Shown here: piece by piece, positions 20,950 to 35,271 of the stretch
Layout: each line of letters starts with the position of its first letter
Position numbering within the stretch: the stretch's first letter is position 1
Source of the DNA: the human T2T-CHM13v2.0 reference genome, Homo sapiens
Direction: 5' to 3' (one strand)
Assembly (NCBI RefSeq): GCF_009914755.1
Contig: NC_060933.1
Length of the DNA: 64,000 bases
Notes under the pieces: model-generated
What the model was told of the DNA's origin: nothing
Database searches by the model: none
What the model saw: only the letters and a program-made list of their open reading frames with translations
Program-made: the position numbers and the translations under genes

Positions 20950-22310
20950 ACTCCTTCTTCATACATTTTGGATATTGCTATGTTTCAGCTGCATATTGCA
21001 AATATCTTCTCCTGCTCTGAAACTACCCTATTCACTCTCTTGATGGCACCTTTTTATAAACTAAAGTCTTAATTTTACGTAGTCCAATGTATCAATCTTT
21101 TCCTTTAGTGCTTTTTATATCCTATTTAAGAAATCTTTCCTGATGCTGAAGTAATAATGGCATTCTCCTATATTATCTTGTAAAGCCTTTTAAAAGCTTT
21201 GTTAAGTCTTGCCTTTCACATTTAGGTCACTAATTCACATAGAATTATTATTTAATTTTTTTGTGCACAGTGAAAGATAGGAATCTGAATTTACTTTTTG
21301 TATATGAATATTCAACTGTTCCGGAATGACTTATCTAAAAAGCTGTCATTTCTTCAGTGACCTGAGATCAAGTATCCATACATGCATGGGCTCTCTACTC
21401 TTGTTCCCTTGGTTTGTTTATCCCTGCAACAGTGACAAATGTCTTAGTTATTACGGCTTTGTAATAAGTCTCAATACCTGGTAGGCCATGTCATCCCATC
21501 TTACTCTTTTGCAAGAACGTCTTGATTATTCCAGATAATTTGTATTTGCATAAAAATTTTAAAGTTACATTTTCAAGTTACAACACATACTCATGCATAC
21601 ATTCACGTATAATATATTCTCTCCATTACCTTTCGTTAAGTTTCTTCTAAAGGACTTGCACTTTGTCAGATTTAATTCAGCAATTTCCTGTTTTTTGATT
21701 CTATTATAAATGGCATTTGCTATTAATTTCATTGTCTAAAGGTTTGTTTGTGAGCATATAAAAATAGATTTTTAAAAATATTGTTTCATAGTCACATTTT
21801 TTATACTTTCTTAAAAACCCAAAAGAATCTATAGATAAATCATTTATACAGTTACATCATCTATGTGTAATGACAGTTTTATTTCCTTCAGCAGTTGTAC
21901 CTTTTCTTTCTTTCTCTTGTCTTACTGCACTGGCTAGAATTTCTAGTAGTATATTTAATAATAATAATGGTGATAGTGGGGGCATCAATGCCTTGTCTCC
22001 AACCTGGAGGGAAGAAGTCAACATTTCATCTTAGCATGCTATAGTTGGTTGATTTTGTGTGTTTTTTTTTTAAGGGGGTCGGGAAGAAAGACCATTTATC
22101 TGATTATGAAAGTTCTCCTAAGTTCTAGTTTACTAAGAGTGTGTAACCTGAATGAATCCTGAATTTTATCTTTGTCTTCATACACTGAGATGCTCTATTT
22201 GAATTTTTTTTCTAATCTGTTAATGTGATAAAATATACTGACTTATTTTCTAGTGCAAAAACCACCTTTCATTCCTAGGATAAACTCAATTTGATCAGGT
22301 TGCTTATATA
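20950..22310 (-). mobile_element. Ancient L1 (L1ME-type) ORF2 fragment
   Basis: T-rich degenerate antisense ORF2 motifs (tattgcaaatatcttctcc, ttttccttta...tttaagaaatctttcc). Confidence 0.7.
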
Positions 22311-22347
22311 TAACCACATTACATACTATATACAACTGGTGGGAGTT

Positions 22348-22376
22348 TATATATATATACACACATACATATGTAT

Positions 22377-22410
<34 letters not shown>
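22348..22410. repeat. Compound (TA)n/(CA)n microsatellite
   Basis: Directly visible. Confidence 0.92.
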
Positions 22411-22531
22411 TTACTTTGCTTTAGTCTGTAGAAATTGCTAAGCTGTTTCTTTATTTCATAGGAAAAAACAAACACAAAGAATACCATGAGGCTCATATAA
22501 ACAGAGCAAGGTAGGAAAGTCGGTTCTACTG

Positions 22532-22746
22532 CATGTATTCTCGACAGGGCAAGTTTTGCTCCCAAGTGGGAGAAAACTGGTTCTTAGAGGGAGAAAAAAA
22601 GTCTTAGCTATCACTATGGTTTGTGGCTCTACACAATCTTATCTGACAAAATCTTTTTTCTTAGTATTTAACTTCACAGGGGTGGTGAGAGGAGAAAATT
22701 TCCATAGGAGGAAAATGGGAATTTAAAAAAAGGTTAAAAACTACTG
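22532..22746. mobile_element. hAT-Charlie-type MITE (MER20-related termini)
   Basis: Degenerate TIRs (catgtattctc ... aaaaactactg) with 8-bp TSD ttctactg/ttctacta. Confidence 0.55.
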
Positions 22747-22769
22747 TTCTACTAGATAACATTTCTTAT

Positions 22770-23860
22770 AAAACCACAGTTGTAATGACAGTGTGGTATT
22801 GTCTCTCCACAAGGAGAGACAAATAGATCAACAGACTAGAAAAGAAACAGAAACAGACACACACACATATGAATCATGATTAGGAGAAAGATGGCACTAC
22901 AGAGTGGAGGGGAAAGAATTATCTTTTCAATAAATGGTGCTAAATCAATTGACTATTCATCTATGAAAAAACTGAAACCCTGACTTCTATCTCATGAGAA
23001 TCACAAAATTCAATTCCAGGTAGAAATGGGAAAGACAGAAAAATATAGTACCTAGATGATAATAAAGGAGAATTACATTGGTTTTAGAAAGGATAAAAAA
23101 TATTTTATAAACTGAACCCAAAAAACACTACTCAAAAATGAAACGGTTGATAAGGTGGAGTACATTAAAATTTAAAACCTCTGTTTACCAAAAAATGCCA
23201 TTAAGAGAGTGAAAAGATAAACCAAAGAGTGGAAGATGTTTACAACACATTCCAAAAAAAGGACTAATCTAAAACGCCCTACAATTACCAAGAAAAAGTC
23301 AAATGGGAAAAATACTTAAATAGGCACACTTTGCCAAATAGGCCAGTCATATAATCAGTAAATATATGAAAAGAGGTTCAGTATCATTAGTCATCAGAGA
23401 AATGTAAATTAAAACACAATGAAGTACTGCTCATACATACCAAATGGCTAATGTTAAGAACATTTAAGTATTAGTAAGGATATGAGGCCATCAGAATTCA
23501 TATACTCTACTGGTAGGAGTTTAAATGGGTGCAACTATTTTGGAAAACTGTTTAACACTATCTAAAGGAACATACCACTTAACCTTCGAACACCAGCACT
23601 TCTCGCTATACATCTAAGTGAAACACATGCACATGGACAGCAGGAGGAATAAACAAGGCTGCTCACAATAGCATTATTTATAACCTCCAAAAACTAGAAA
23701 CAAAGTAAATGTCCATCAACAGAACGAATAAATGGCTTTATATTAAATGAAATATTATGAGGATTCACAACAATGAAAATAAACTGTATCTAAAGTAACA
23801 AAAAGGATAAATCTTCCAAATGTTGCCCAAAAGAAACATCAGGATGATTCACTTAACTGT
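22770..23860 (+). mobile_element. Ancient L1 (L1ME-type) ORF2 3' fragment
   Basis: Motifs gacagtgtggtattg, ttttcaataaatggtgct and aaatgtccatcaacag occur in L1 order. Confidence 0.72.
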
Positions 23861-24099
23861 TTTTATTTTTATGCACTCCTTCATATGTGTATCACATTTT
23901 ACAATATAAAAGGTACAAAAAGTTGTAACAGTGAAATACAGAATATAAAAATACTTTTATTAATTTTAGAAAACCAAACTCTTAAAATACATATAAAACA
24001 TAAAAGTTAGTTATAAATGGCCTATAAAAAACAGAGACAAAAATTTGTCAAATAAGACACAGAAAAGGATGTGAGAGACAGGAAAAAAGGAGAGGAAGA

Positions 24100-24545
24100 G
24101 TCAGACCACCTCTCTGATCTCATCTACCACTTTCTTCCTGGCTCACCTACAACTACACTGACCTCCTTGCTATTTCTCAGACATAGCTAGCGAACTTTCA
24201 AATCAGGACTGCTGCATTTGTTCTTCCCAGAAAACTCCCCAGACAACCACAAGCATACTCCCCTCACTTTCTTCAGGTTTCTACTTAAATATCGCCTTAT
24301 CAGAGACCTTTTCCTTGACCAAATTACAGAAAATCCCAGTATTCCCTATTTCCTTGCTGTATTTTATTTTTTTCATAGTATTTATCTCCATCTGATATAT
24401 ATCTATTTATTTGTTGTTTTGTCTCTCTTAGCAGTATGCAAGTTTCTTGAAGATGGGGACTTTTGCCTGTCTTGTTCAATGATGAGTGCCTGGAATGTAG
24501 AATCAGCTCCAGCTCAACAAATATTTATTAAATGAATGAATGAAA
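24100..24545 (+). mobile_element. L2 3' end
   Basis: Ends in aaatatttattaaatgaatgaatga, the typical L2 tail. Confidence 0.75.
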
Positions 24546-25329
24546 ACAAAGAAAATTGGACAAAGAACTGTCTCTTCCCTCAACATGTGAAGAGACAGAG
24601 AAAAGTATCTACAAGGACTGTTTCACATGTATAATAGCAGCAATAAACACAGAAAAAGAAACACATAGGCAACATGTACATAAACATACTTATGTCCTCA
24701 CACATAAACCAGCAGAGGAGGAGAGGGTCACTCTCATGAAATATTAATAATATTCCTATACTCCTATCTCATAATCTTTTAGAACTGTATCATTTAAAAA
24801 TTTTTAAATGTTACAAAACTAGGCAGTGGGGGGCACCACCTCTTAATGCAAGCTAAATGAAAAGAAGAGTCAGATTTGGCTATTTATGATCTAACAAATA
24901 ATTAAATACTTGATCTGTGAATTCCTTCAGCTCATATCTTCCTATAAACTTATATCCTAATCTCAATTCAAATTCTAAGACTATATACTATACCTTATCA
25001 TTTCTAAGAACTGTAACTCATAACATAATTACAATTTCAAGTATGTCACCTTATGAATACCACATGCTTTCTTTTGAGCTAACTCCCTGTTGACTATCAA
25101 TGCTAACAAATTCTCAACCCCGACGGGAGCTCCAATTCCTTGGCCCAACCACCATGTCATTGGCTTTCCAGAATATATTCAACTCCCTACTTGTTTATAT
25201 TCCACAGTCCATCATGATAATTTCTCTTTCAATTTACGTTTCTTGACCCTCTCTCACCACCATTCTACTCGTGTTTCACTGGCTGCAGTCTTAGTCACCT
25301 TTCTTGTTACCTTTCGTCTTTCCAACTTC

Positions 25330-26330
25330 AAAAACTGATGAGTGCCTAGTTTGGTCTTCAGAACTCTTTTCTTTTCTATTTCGAATTACTTCTAGGAAAT
25401 CTCCAGTCAGTTTCCATGTCTTTAAATATCATCTTTATGCTGAAAGCTCCCAAATTTATTTATCTAGCTCAGACCACCCCATTGAAATCCAGATTTTTGT
25501 ATCTAGCTGCTTAATTAACATCTGTCCCTGGAAGTTAAGCAGGCAGAGTAAACATGTGTAAAACCCAAATCTTTAACTTCTTCCCAGAAACTATTCTTCC
25601 GTCAGGCTCCCCCTCTCGGTAACTGGTATCTCCATTCTTCCAGTTGTTTGGGCGGTGAAGCCCTGGAAATATCCTTGACGTTTCACATTCTATCTCACAG
25701 CCCACATTCAAATTATCACCAAATTCTGTTAGCTCTTCAAACTATAATAGACCACTTGTAAACGCTTCTACCACTACTAATAATCATTTCATATTTGGAC
25801 GGTATTTTAGCAGCCTAGTAGCTGGTCTTCTTGCTATTATCCTTGTCCTTTATTTTTCATAGCAATCAGGTTTTTTTTTACTAAAATGTAAATGAGATTG
25901 TGTAATGGCTCAAAACCCTCCAACAGCTTACAAAGTCCCAACCACTAACCATCTTAATAAAGTCTCCAGTCCAATCACAGCCCTTACTACTCTCAACTCA
26001 TCATCTCCTATTGCTCTGTCCCTAACTCACTCCACTCAAGATACACTGGTCTCCCTACTGTTCCTTGAGAATGTCAACAACAGTGACTTGCTTGAGTTCC
26101 AGGTCTCTGTTCAAGCGTCACTAGAGAAAGGTCTTCCTTGACTATATCCACCCCTGTACCCTGCTTTATTATACGTCATAATACTCATATTGTTTACCAT
26201 ATATTTGTTTATTGCCTGTCTTCTCTAATTGGAACGTAAGCTCCTTAAACACAGGAACTTTGTTTTAGAGCCTAGACGAAGGGGAAGTGAATAGACACTC
26301 AATAATATGTACTGAATGACTTAATAAATG
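25330..26330 (+). mobile_element. L2 fragment(s)
   Basis: L2 motifs (tttaaatatcatctttatgctga...ctcccaaatt; gtaagctcctt; tcaataatatgtactgaatga). Confidence 0.7.
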
Positions 26331-26526
26331 TTCCTCACAATTTATTAAAATAAAAAAACTGTGTTTTACAAATAAAATTTTATATATAAAATGACAATTT
26401 TCCTATCAATGAGTTTGAAGCAATTTTTATTTATAAACCACAGCTTATACGTACTTTTCTGTGTTTTTATAAGACTACTCTGAAAAGTAAAAATTTTTTT
26501 TTTTCTTTGTGATCTTCCTCCTACTG

Positions 26527-26743
26527 AACAGTTTCTCAACCTCAGCACTACTGACACTCGGCTGGATAATGTTTTGTTACAGGGGACACTCTTGTGCATT
26601 GCAGAACATTTAGCAGAATCCCTGGCCTCCACCCACTAGATGCCAGTAGCACTCCCCTAGCTGCGACAACCAAAAACATCTCCAGACATTACCAAATGTT
26701 TTCTGTGGGGGAAAGTCAACCTCCTCCCAACTGAGAACCACTG
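26527..26743 (+). mobile_element. MER20 (hAT-Charlie)
   Basis: cagtttctcaacctcagcactactgac ... cccactagatgccagtagcac ... tgagaaccactg. Confidence 0.88.
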
Positions 26744-28959
26744 TACCCACTGGTAAAGGATTTTGTTTTTCTCTGTTGTTAAAAGAATAGAAACACCTGG
26801 AGACAGTAAAAATCATAAAATTAAAAAATAAAAATAACAGAAACAGCTTAGATCACATCTGAGATATCTAAAGCATACAGATTTGAATTTTCAAAATAAC
26901 TAAATAACCAACTTCACATGCTGAGGGTAGGTTCATAAGGCAAATACTCTCACATTAAAATAAGCAATCTTAATTTAATCCTAAAATAAAATCCCATGAT
27001 ACCTGTATGGGTATGAGCACTTTTTGGAATGACCCTTAGCTAAAGTTTATTATATTCTAAAACATAAGAAAAGAAGTTACAAGCTTATTCTACATAAAAC
27101 CCCTCCACTTCCCAACCCAACGCTCAGGTAAAATGTACTTTTCTCAGTCTTATTACATCCTAATGGCAATTAATATCTAAAGTGAAACAAATAATTATTT
27201 ATACCTCCCTAATGGCTGTCATTGAGTGTTCAGAATTATCTACTAAATTTTGGTAATCATATGTATGCAATTGTCTTACAGAGCGTATTTCACTAGCATC
27301 TGACTGTCAGGTTCATGGCTGAGGGTGAAGTATTCCAGAAAAATTATTTTGTCTGCCTGACCATATTTTAGCAGTAAAAATTCTAGAAAAGTTTGGGCAA
27401 TCTAATAAGAGAACAGGATAACATACTTCCTTACTACATTCACCAATTAATGCAGTGCTACAGTGTTTGGTAAAAGTAAAAGAAGAGTAAGACAATAAAA
27501 TTGCTGCCAGGTTTTAACCATTTAAATTCACAGTAACTGTAACAGTTTTACAGAGAAATAAAAACTGCTAAATTTTCTATGTTAAATGCTATTAATATTT
27601 ATAACTGACTATGGAAACATGTTTAATGAGGACATATACTCAGTCAACCTGGTGTTGTAGGACAGGATTAAGATTTATTATAAGGTTTCTGTGTTCCATC
27701 TCTCACTAAAAACGTAGAGATATACTGACAAATGGAATTGGCAATTGTTAGAATAGATTATTCTTATTTCTTTAGAAATATAAACTATATCTGACATTAT
27801 TCTTTTCAAGCAAAAAAAATAAAAAATGTTACTAAGGAATATCTCTAGTAGCATCTCAGGAAACAGGAACAAAAAAGCCAAATTACTTTTATATTAGCAT
27901 TAAAAATAATTTTCATCTCATATCAATTTTAATTCCACAATACTCTTGGCTATTCTTGACTCTTGGCTATTCTTTCCAAAAATCTAAAAAGCTAAATGTG
28001 TATTTTAGCAATTTTTTTCCATTCTTCAGTGAACAAAATAAATGAACTTCTAGATATTAAGAAAATAAAAGTTATTATTAAGGCTACAATATTTTTTTAA
28101 ATAGCAGAAGTACTCAGGCGACTTTAAAACAGATTACACAAAAAGATTAAAATAAATTATGAAAAGATTTACAAATATTCAAAGCTACCTGCAGCCAAGT
28201 CTTCTGGCTATTTCTTTTTTTTGTTAGCCAAAAGGCTAGGCAAATAATTCTGTAGGAACAGTTCTGACATCAAATCCCTAGCAACACTATTAGATATCAG
28301 CCAATTGGAATAATAATAATGTATCTTCCTAGCAGAAGAGTTGGCTAGGCTGCTAAACATTATTTATTTTCCTCTTCTGAATTTTGGCAGCATTTCCTTT
28401 ATTGAAATTCTCTCTCCTCTCTTCCCCTTCTGTCACCCACTGCTCTCATAGCCTTAAACGCAGTTAGTATGCTTTTCCCCTTCACATAAAAATAAGTATA
28501 CAACAATTAGAAATTATCAGAATCCACTTCATCTAAAAAGAAGCTAAAGGACATAATTTTAGAATTAAAGTGGTATACCATCAAAGATTAGCTGTATAAT
28601 CTCTGACAGTAATAGCCACAAATTATTTTTTTAAAAACCTTGTATTTTCTCATGTAGAGAAATAGTAAACTTTGCCTGCAGCTGATTTCCAGCAGGAACA
28701 TATTTAAAAAAATATTTTTAACCCACTGCGATGCCTTTATAAGATATAACAGACTGCCTCAATGAAAACAGCAAAATATTAATCTACCAATCAGGAGGTT
28801 CACTGAGCTTTCTCTGAAGAGCAGATATTATGATGTTTAGTATTTTTAAATATATTTAATATTATTAATCCTACAATAATATTGCTAAAAAATTCCTTGG
28901 GGGAAAAATGCAAAAAGTAGTATTGAATGGGAGTTTGAATAGGATTTAGTAATAGCAAG

Positions 28960-29110
28960 AACATGACTTAGGGACATGGGCCCAAATCACACCTCTGTCA
29001 AGTGGCAAGTTTGTGATTGGACAAGGTATTGAACTTCTCTGAATTTCAGTTACCTTACCTGTAAGATGGCAACCATACTATTTATCCCTTCAGAAATATT
29101 TCATAGGAGT
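28960..29110 (+). mobile_element. MIR fragment
   Basis: aacttctctgaatttcagttaccttacctgtaagatgg resembles the MIR core. Confidence 0.6.
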
Positions 29111-31221
29111 AGACATTTTCCACTAATCCAAGTAATACACAAATCCAGAATAATATAAAAAGAAAACATGTTACCAATAAAATATTCATGGATAAACATA
29201 CAATAAATTTAAGAAGGTATACTCTTTAAATACAGTGGTACTTTCCTTCATATTTAATTGAAAACCGTAATTTTCTAGTTTTGGTAAATAACCAGTATCC
29301 AATAAAATGAAATAGAGTTTGATAATATACCAAATGACTAGGCATCTGCTTATACGCATTTAAAGTAACTATGTGAAATAGTCAAATATGGACCTTGGTA
29401 AAAAATGAAAGTTCATTTTCTTCAAAATCCATCTATTTTATTCACTTAAATGCCAAATCATTACCCAATCTACAGGTTTTAGAACCTAGACAATGATTTT
29501 CATGCCAATAAATATTTAAAGTCAAACATTACTTTCGAGAGGGGTTTTAAGTAAAATTCAACATTATACTGGAATGATAAATGCAAATGATGCAAACTAA
29601 TTTAATGTCTAACATCTGAAAAACTTCTCCAAACATCTCAAAGTTTATAATCTTTATTGATTTAGTGATTCTAACAAAAAATGTTTAATTTATCTCCATT
29701 TATTTAGAAAACAAAACTATTACTCAAGTTTCTGCAATTTTTCTAGACATGCATTTTTTACACTGAGAATTTGGGGATTTTTTAAGTTACTATTTCTGAT
29801 AAAGATAGTAAATACTAATTCTTTTTAGGTTCACAGGCCTTTTTTTAGTATAAGACTCAGAATATAAATCAATATCTATAGCTTAAAAAATAAATCCTAA
29901 ATTTGGGCATTGATTCATGATAAACTATAAATTCCTTATCTCCTGCACATCTTAGTCCTTACTTCCTCAACAAAAGATAAATTCAAGTATTTCCTCAAAA
30001 CTTCACATGGTAAAAACATATAAATCTTTGAACGTTCGTGATAAAAGAATATTTTAAAAGTAAAGATTAAGAAGAAATCTAAAAAGCATTAAGTTACTAT
30101 AAAAAACAATGGGGCACTTGCAAAGAAATTAAAATAATCCAGCTCAGAAAGAGCTCTCCTGAAAACAGAAGGCGAGGAGAAGAGAGAAATGGAAGAAAAT
30201 CAGGCTCCCAATCTGTTCATTTCCCAGAATTTGTGAACAACCTGCTTTCTCTCAACTGTCTTTACCATGAGCATAACATACAACGTACCAGTTTTCTACT
30301 GAATACAGGTTAAGTGCCATTACATCAATGGTCAAAGTGCAACTCATTTTTTTTGTTGTTGTTGTTTAATGAATAAACACTTTCGCCTTAAAAAACAAGA
30401 AAAGAAAAACAAGAAAGTTAACACTTTCTCTTCTGACCCAGGCAATTCCATTCAGCTTTGGAATTTAAAGATGGGCTAGAAAAGATACTATGCTGCCACC
30501 TATCTACGTGAAAGGGTAGAAAGAAAATGCAGACTACAGCTTTTGCTTCAGTCTGGCTGACAGAAGAACACAGGGTCAAAGTCCACCACATGCTTTAACT
30601 GCATCATTACTCCCACAAAAAATATGTATAATAATCATTAATGCAATATCCAAAGATAGTTAGGGACCTTCGGGGATCTTATTCCATATCCTGAATAATA
30701 GAAAGGATAATAAGATGAAGTTCCTGATACTGTCTTTATTCACACATAGTTTTATACACATAATCAACAGCTGGATACAGATTTTTGCTTGTTTTAGAGA
30801 AAAATGAAAGAAACACAGGAAAAGACTTGCAAAAAACACTGATGAGGCAGTATTTTTTGAAGAATATTCCACCATAAAACATTATTTTTTTAAATGTCAA
30901 TGGTAATAATGGTGACTTTGGTTCTGAAATTATTGGTAATTTTTTTCTACCTTTATGAAAAACACAGTAAATGTAATTTACAAAAGAACTGCTGAAGTAA
31001 GAACATTATTTTATTATTTAGCTTTAGAGAAGTTTGTTATACTGCTGGAATTTTACTAAAGATTTGCCCTTAAAACCAATTATTCCAGTTACAGCCTCAA
31101 GGGTTTTGTTGTTTTTTTTGCCCAGCAATGACCTCCTTCATCTCCCCATTTGGTTAATCTCTATCTCACCTATGAAGTCCACCATGAGTCTCATTCCCTA
31201 CTCTACAGCACTTCTCAGACC

Positions 31222-31322
31222 TTATGGCCACAGAAGTTTTGCACTGCACAACTCCACAGGATACTGTTTACATAGACTATGATGTGAGTGTTGCCTCCTG
31301 GAGTTATGCAATTAGGCAGCAA
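31222..31322. mobile_element. MER91A-like palindromic hAT MITE
   Basis: gcactgcacaactcca...acatagactatgatgtga...ctggagttatgcaa forms an internal inverted repeat typical of MER91. Confidence 0.72.
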
Positions 31323-31379
31323 TGATTAAAATCACCTGGGAAGAAATTTTTTAAACAAAATGCTATTGCCATTGACACC

Positions 31380-33680
31380 TATGAGGAAACAGTTCGTATG
31401 AGACCAACACTCACACCAAAAACACTATTAAAAGCCAGATAAAATCCAATTAATTAATAAATACACAGCTGTTTAAAGATACTGGCAAGTAGCCAAACTC
31501 CCCAGAACTTAAGAGGCCAAAATCTCAGAGAAAGTAGACAGGCGTTAAGGTGAGCCATATATTCTGCACTGCTTTTTATCTGAAAGTACCTGTCAATTCA
31601 CATTCAGTACTGAATGAAAAGTCAAGTAGAACCGGAGACTCAGAACATCCTGCAAAATCTCCAAGGCCAGGAAAACAGTAACTGTAGGGCACAATCCACA
31701 ATAAACACCTCAGTTTTTCAGCTGAGACCCCGAAGGACTAGACTATTGGAATAAAGGCAAATTGAAACTAGTCTTTCACAAAGACAAATCCAGCAATCAA
31801 GATTCCTTACAAAATACCAATAAATGCAATAAACAGCATCTTTCCAAAAACTGCTATATTAAGACCAATGTTCTGTTATTTAGCATTAGAAATTCTTGTT
31901 ATACAAACCCCTGATTGGATAAAAATGAGGCTTCTCTTATATCCTATCAAAAAAAAAAGAGTAAATCAAATCTGAGGAAAGAACACAATCACACTTTCTA
32001 CAATTTGTCATGCAAAATGCTCAGTATTCTAACTTAGACATGTCAGAAGACAGGGCCAAATATCTGGAAATTGAGAAGAAAAAAAGAGTCAACAGAAACG
32101 GACCCACAAGGGGATCTCAAAGTTAAAGTTATCAAACACAGACATTAAAAACTGTGATTAACACGTTTAAAAAAATAGATGACAAAATAGATGATTTCAC
32201 CACAGAAATTATCAATGAAAGAAAGTATCAAATGGAAATTCTAAAAGTGAAAAATATAATAACTGAATTAAGAACTCATTAGAAGGATTTAAGGGTAGGT
32301 TAGACATGGCAGAAGAGGTGATTAGTAAACCAGAGGATAAATTAATAGGAAATATCCAGAATGAAGCACAGAAGGGGAATAAAAAAGGAAAGTTAAGAAA
32401 TAAATTCAGAACATATGCAGCACAATGAGACTTCACGTACATGTAAGTAGAATCCCAGAACTGCAGGAGAAAAAATTGAGCAGAGGTAATATTTGAAGTG
32501 ACAAAGGCCAAGAAATTTCCACAACTTAAGAATGACATCAGGCCACAGATTCAAAGTTACATAAACTCTCCAACAGAAAAAAGTGCAAAGAAAACAATAC
32601 CAAAGCACATCATAGAATCACAGAATAATTGCTAAAATACAAAGACCAAAAGAAATCATAAAAACAGCTAAAGAAAAACATATTTCATTGGAGTAACAGT
32701 AAGACCAACAACTGACTTTACAACAGAAATGATGGAAACCATAAGACAATGGAATAACATCTTTTAAAAACTGAACGAAAGTAACCACCAATCTACAATT
32801 CTGTGCCAAACAATAAATCCTTCAAAAATGAAGGAGAAATAAAAGCATCTTCAGGGAACCAACACTGAGAGAATTTGTTCCAACAGACTTGCACTAAAAG
32901 CAGAAAAAATAAGCCTAGAGGAGGCTCAGGTATAAAGAGTACTAGAAAAAGCACCAATATGTAGATAACTCAAAACAAATACTGACTATAGGTAACATAT
33001 AACTTGTATAACAATATAACACATAATGTATATGTAACAACAATAATGTCTTGTTATCATGTGATTTTTTTCTACATCTACCTTCTACCCCAAAATATGA
33101 AAAATGATGATGACAGAGGGTGTTCCAAGACCACTGCTTTCATTAGGTGCACAATGGTAAAGTACTAACTTATATTATACTTCAAAAAAATCAGAATAAT
33201 GTTTTCACTTTTGGGAAAACTATAAAAAGAGTAAAAGAAAAAGCCATTAGAAATAGAAAATTGGAATTTTTTTTAAATTAGAAATTCCAAAACAGGAAAG
33301 AAAAGGAGAAAAATGGGAACACAGAACAGATGAAGTCAAATAATAAATAGGAAAATGACAAAATACCAGTTATACTAAGTAAATATTTACTAAATGTTTC
33401 ATATTAAAAGATAATTTTTTAATGATGAAATATCTGCTGTCTGTAAGGCACATTATGAGACACAGTAATCAAGATAGGTTGAAAGTATTAAAGACAGAAA
33501 AAGATATACCATGAAAACACTAACTAAAAGACAACTGATATAGTTAAACTAATAACAGAAAAAAAATTTGAAGGCAAGAATCATTACTAAGAATAAAGAG
33601 GCATATTTTATAATGATACAAGAATCAATCCACCAAAAAGGTATAACGAAATTTGGATGTGTCTATAATGTAGCTTCAAA
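31380..33680 (+). mobile_element. Ancient L1 (L1ME-type) 5' region: ORF1 remnant and start of ORF2
   Basis: ORF1-like text (aaatggaaattctaaaagtgaaaaatataataactgaa; ccttcaaaaatgaaggagaaataaa) followed by endonuclease-like text (aaaagatataccatg). The left boundary is uncertain. Confidence 0.7.
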
Positions 33681-34854
33681 CTCTCAACTTCTAAATCAAT
33701 GAAATGACTGGAATTCATTTCAATGTATATTGACTAACTACTGAACATTCATTTGCTTCAGATCATTGGAATATTTAGAGCTACATAGATTATAAAATAC
33801 TTTCTTCAAGTTTAGTTATAATTCTGGTCCTAGAATTTAGCTTTACTCTATTAAACTTAAGTAGGTTAGAACAGTGCTAATAAACATTCAATTTTATGTA
33901 TTTAAATTTGTCTGTCTTTTCTTACAATGGGAAATACTGTGGTAAAGCTCTTCTCTCCATATACCTAACTTGATAATATGTATGAATTACTTCATTCATT
34001 GAGGTAACATATAAACAAAACTAAAACATTGAGATAATATATCATAAACAAAACTAAAAATTACTCGATTCCTCAATAGGAAGCAAAATGGTCCTGGAAA
34101 TTTCATAACATAATCTGAGTTTTCATTTCATTACTGCTAATATGGTGGTAATTATAAAAGTACACCGCTTGATACAACAAGGAAACCATAAGACTTAGGC
34201 TAAGAGAACGATTTCTGCTCAGCACTACTAGACACAAGTAACTGTCAGATCCCTAGAATTATTTATAATGTACTGCTTCATTCCTAAAGTAGCTTTCTAA
34301 CAACCAACATAATGATTTGATTTTCATTTGCTAAAATGCTACTAACATATTATTATGATTTTTATTTAAAAAAATCACCTGCTTGCATCTACAATTGATG
34401 GCTCTAAGGAAAATCTGGTTTGACTTTTTAAAACCCACTTTTTATACTCACTTTTTATATACTTTCTTCTTCCTGATATTTTTAATCTCTTAATAAACAT
34501 TTACTATGCTGCTGATCTTTTTCCAACATTCATTATGCATGTAAATATACACATATATGTCGTATATTCAAATATAACCCATAATCCATTTCTCCATTTT
34601 AAAAAAAGGTGACTGTCTAATTGCCATTAATTTCTCTCCAGTTTCTACCTTTCATTTGGAGAAGAAAATTAGTTTGTAATTTCAAACGTCTTAATCCTTC
34701 ATTTGATTATTGGAATTTCCTTAGTTGGTCATCAATCTTCCAGTAATAAATGGTTACTGTAAAACGGTCTCTAAAATTTTCATGAAAATTAATAGGCCAA
34801 AGAAAAATTGTTTCCTCCCTCTGAGAGTTTTCACTAAAATCAAATGTAACATAA

Positions 34855-35048
34855 ATTGAATGTCTATTATATACCAGCTAAGTTTACATATATTATTTCA
34901 TTTAATCTCATTATTATTCACATTTTCAGTGGAAGAAAATTACCATTCAGAGAGGTTAAACAATGTGTCAAAACTTATGCATGTAATAAGAAAAAACAGG
35001 CTTTAATCCTAGGTATGTCTGTTTACAAAGACAAGATCTTTCCACTAC
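34855..35048 (-). mobile_element. MIR
   Basis: atttcatttaatctca...cattttcagtgg...cagagaggttaa, antisense MIR core. Confidence 0.7.
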
Positions 35049-35271
35049 CAGAGGCTGGCAAAGTTACTGTAAAGAGCCAGACAGTTAATATTTTAGGCTT
35101 TACAGACCATACAGTCTCTGCCACAACTATTCAGTTCTGCTCTTATAAAACAAAAGCAGCCATAGACAATATATAAACAAAAGAAAGTAGCTGTTTTCCA
35201 GTAAAACTTTTTTTTAACAAAAACAGGCAGAGGGCTGAATTTAAACCAAGGCCCATAGTTTGCCAATACTG
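35049..35271 (-). mobile_element. MER58A (hAT-Charlie)
   Basis: TIRs cagaggctggcaaa / tttgccaatactg; internal aaagcagccatagacaata. Confidence 0.85.

Noticed and set aside
20950-23860. Twin-priming inversion of a single L1
   Set aside because: The two oppositely oriented pieces cover overlapping parts of ORF2, so they are independent ancient insertions, and too diverged to pair stably.
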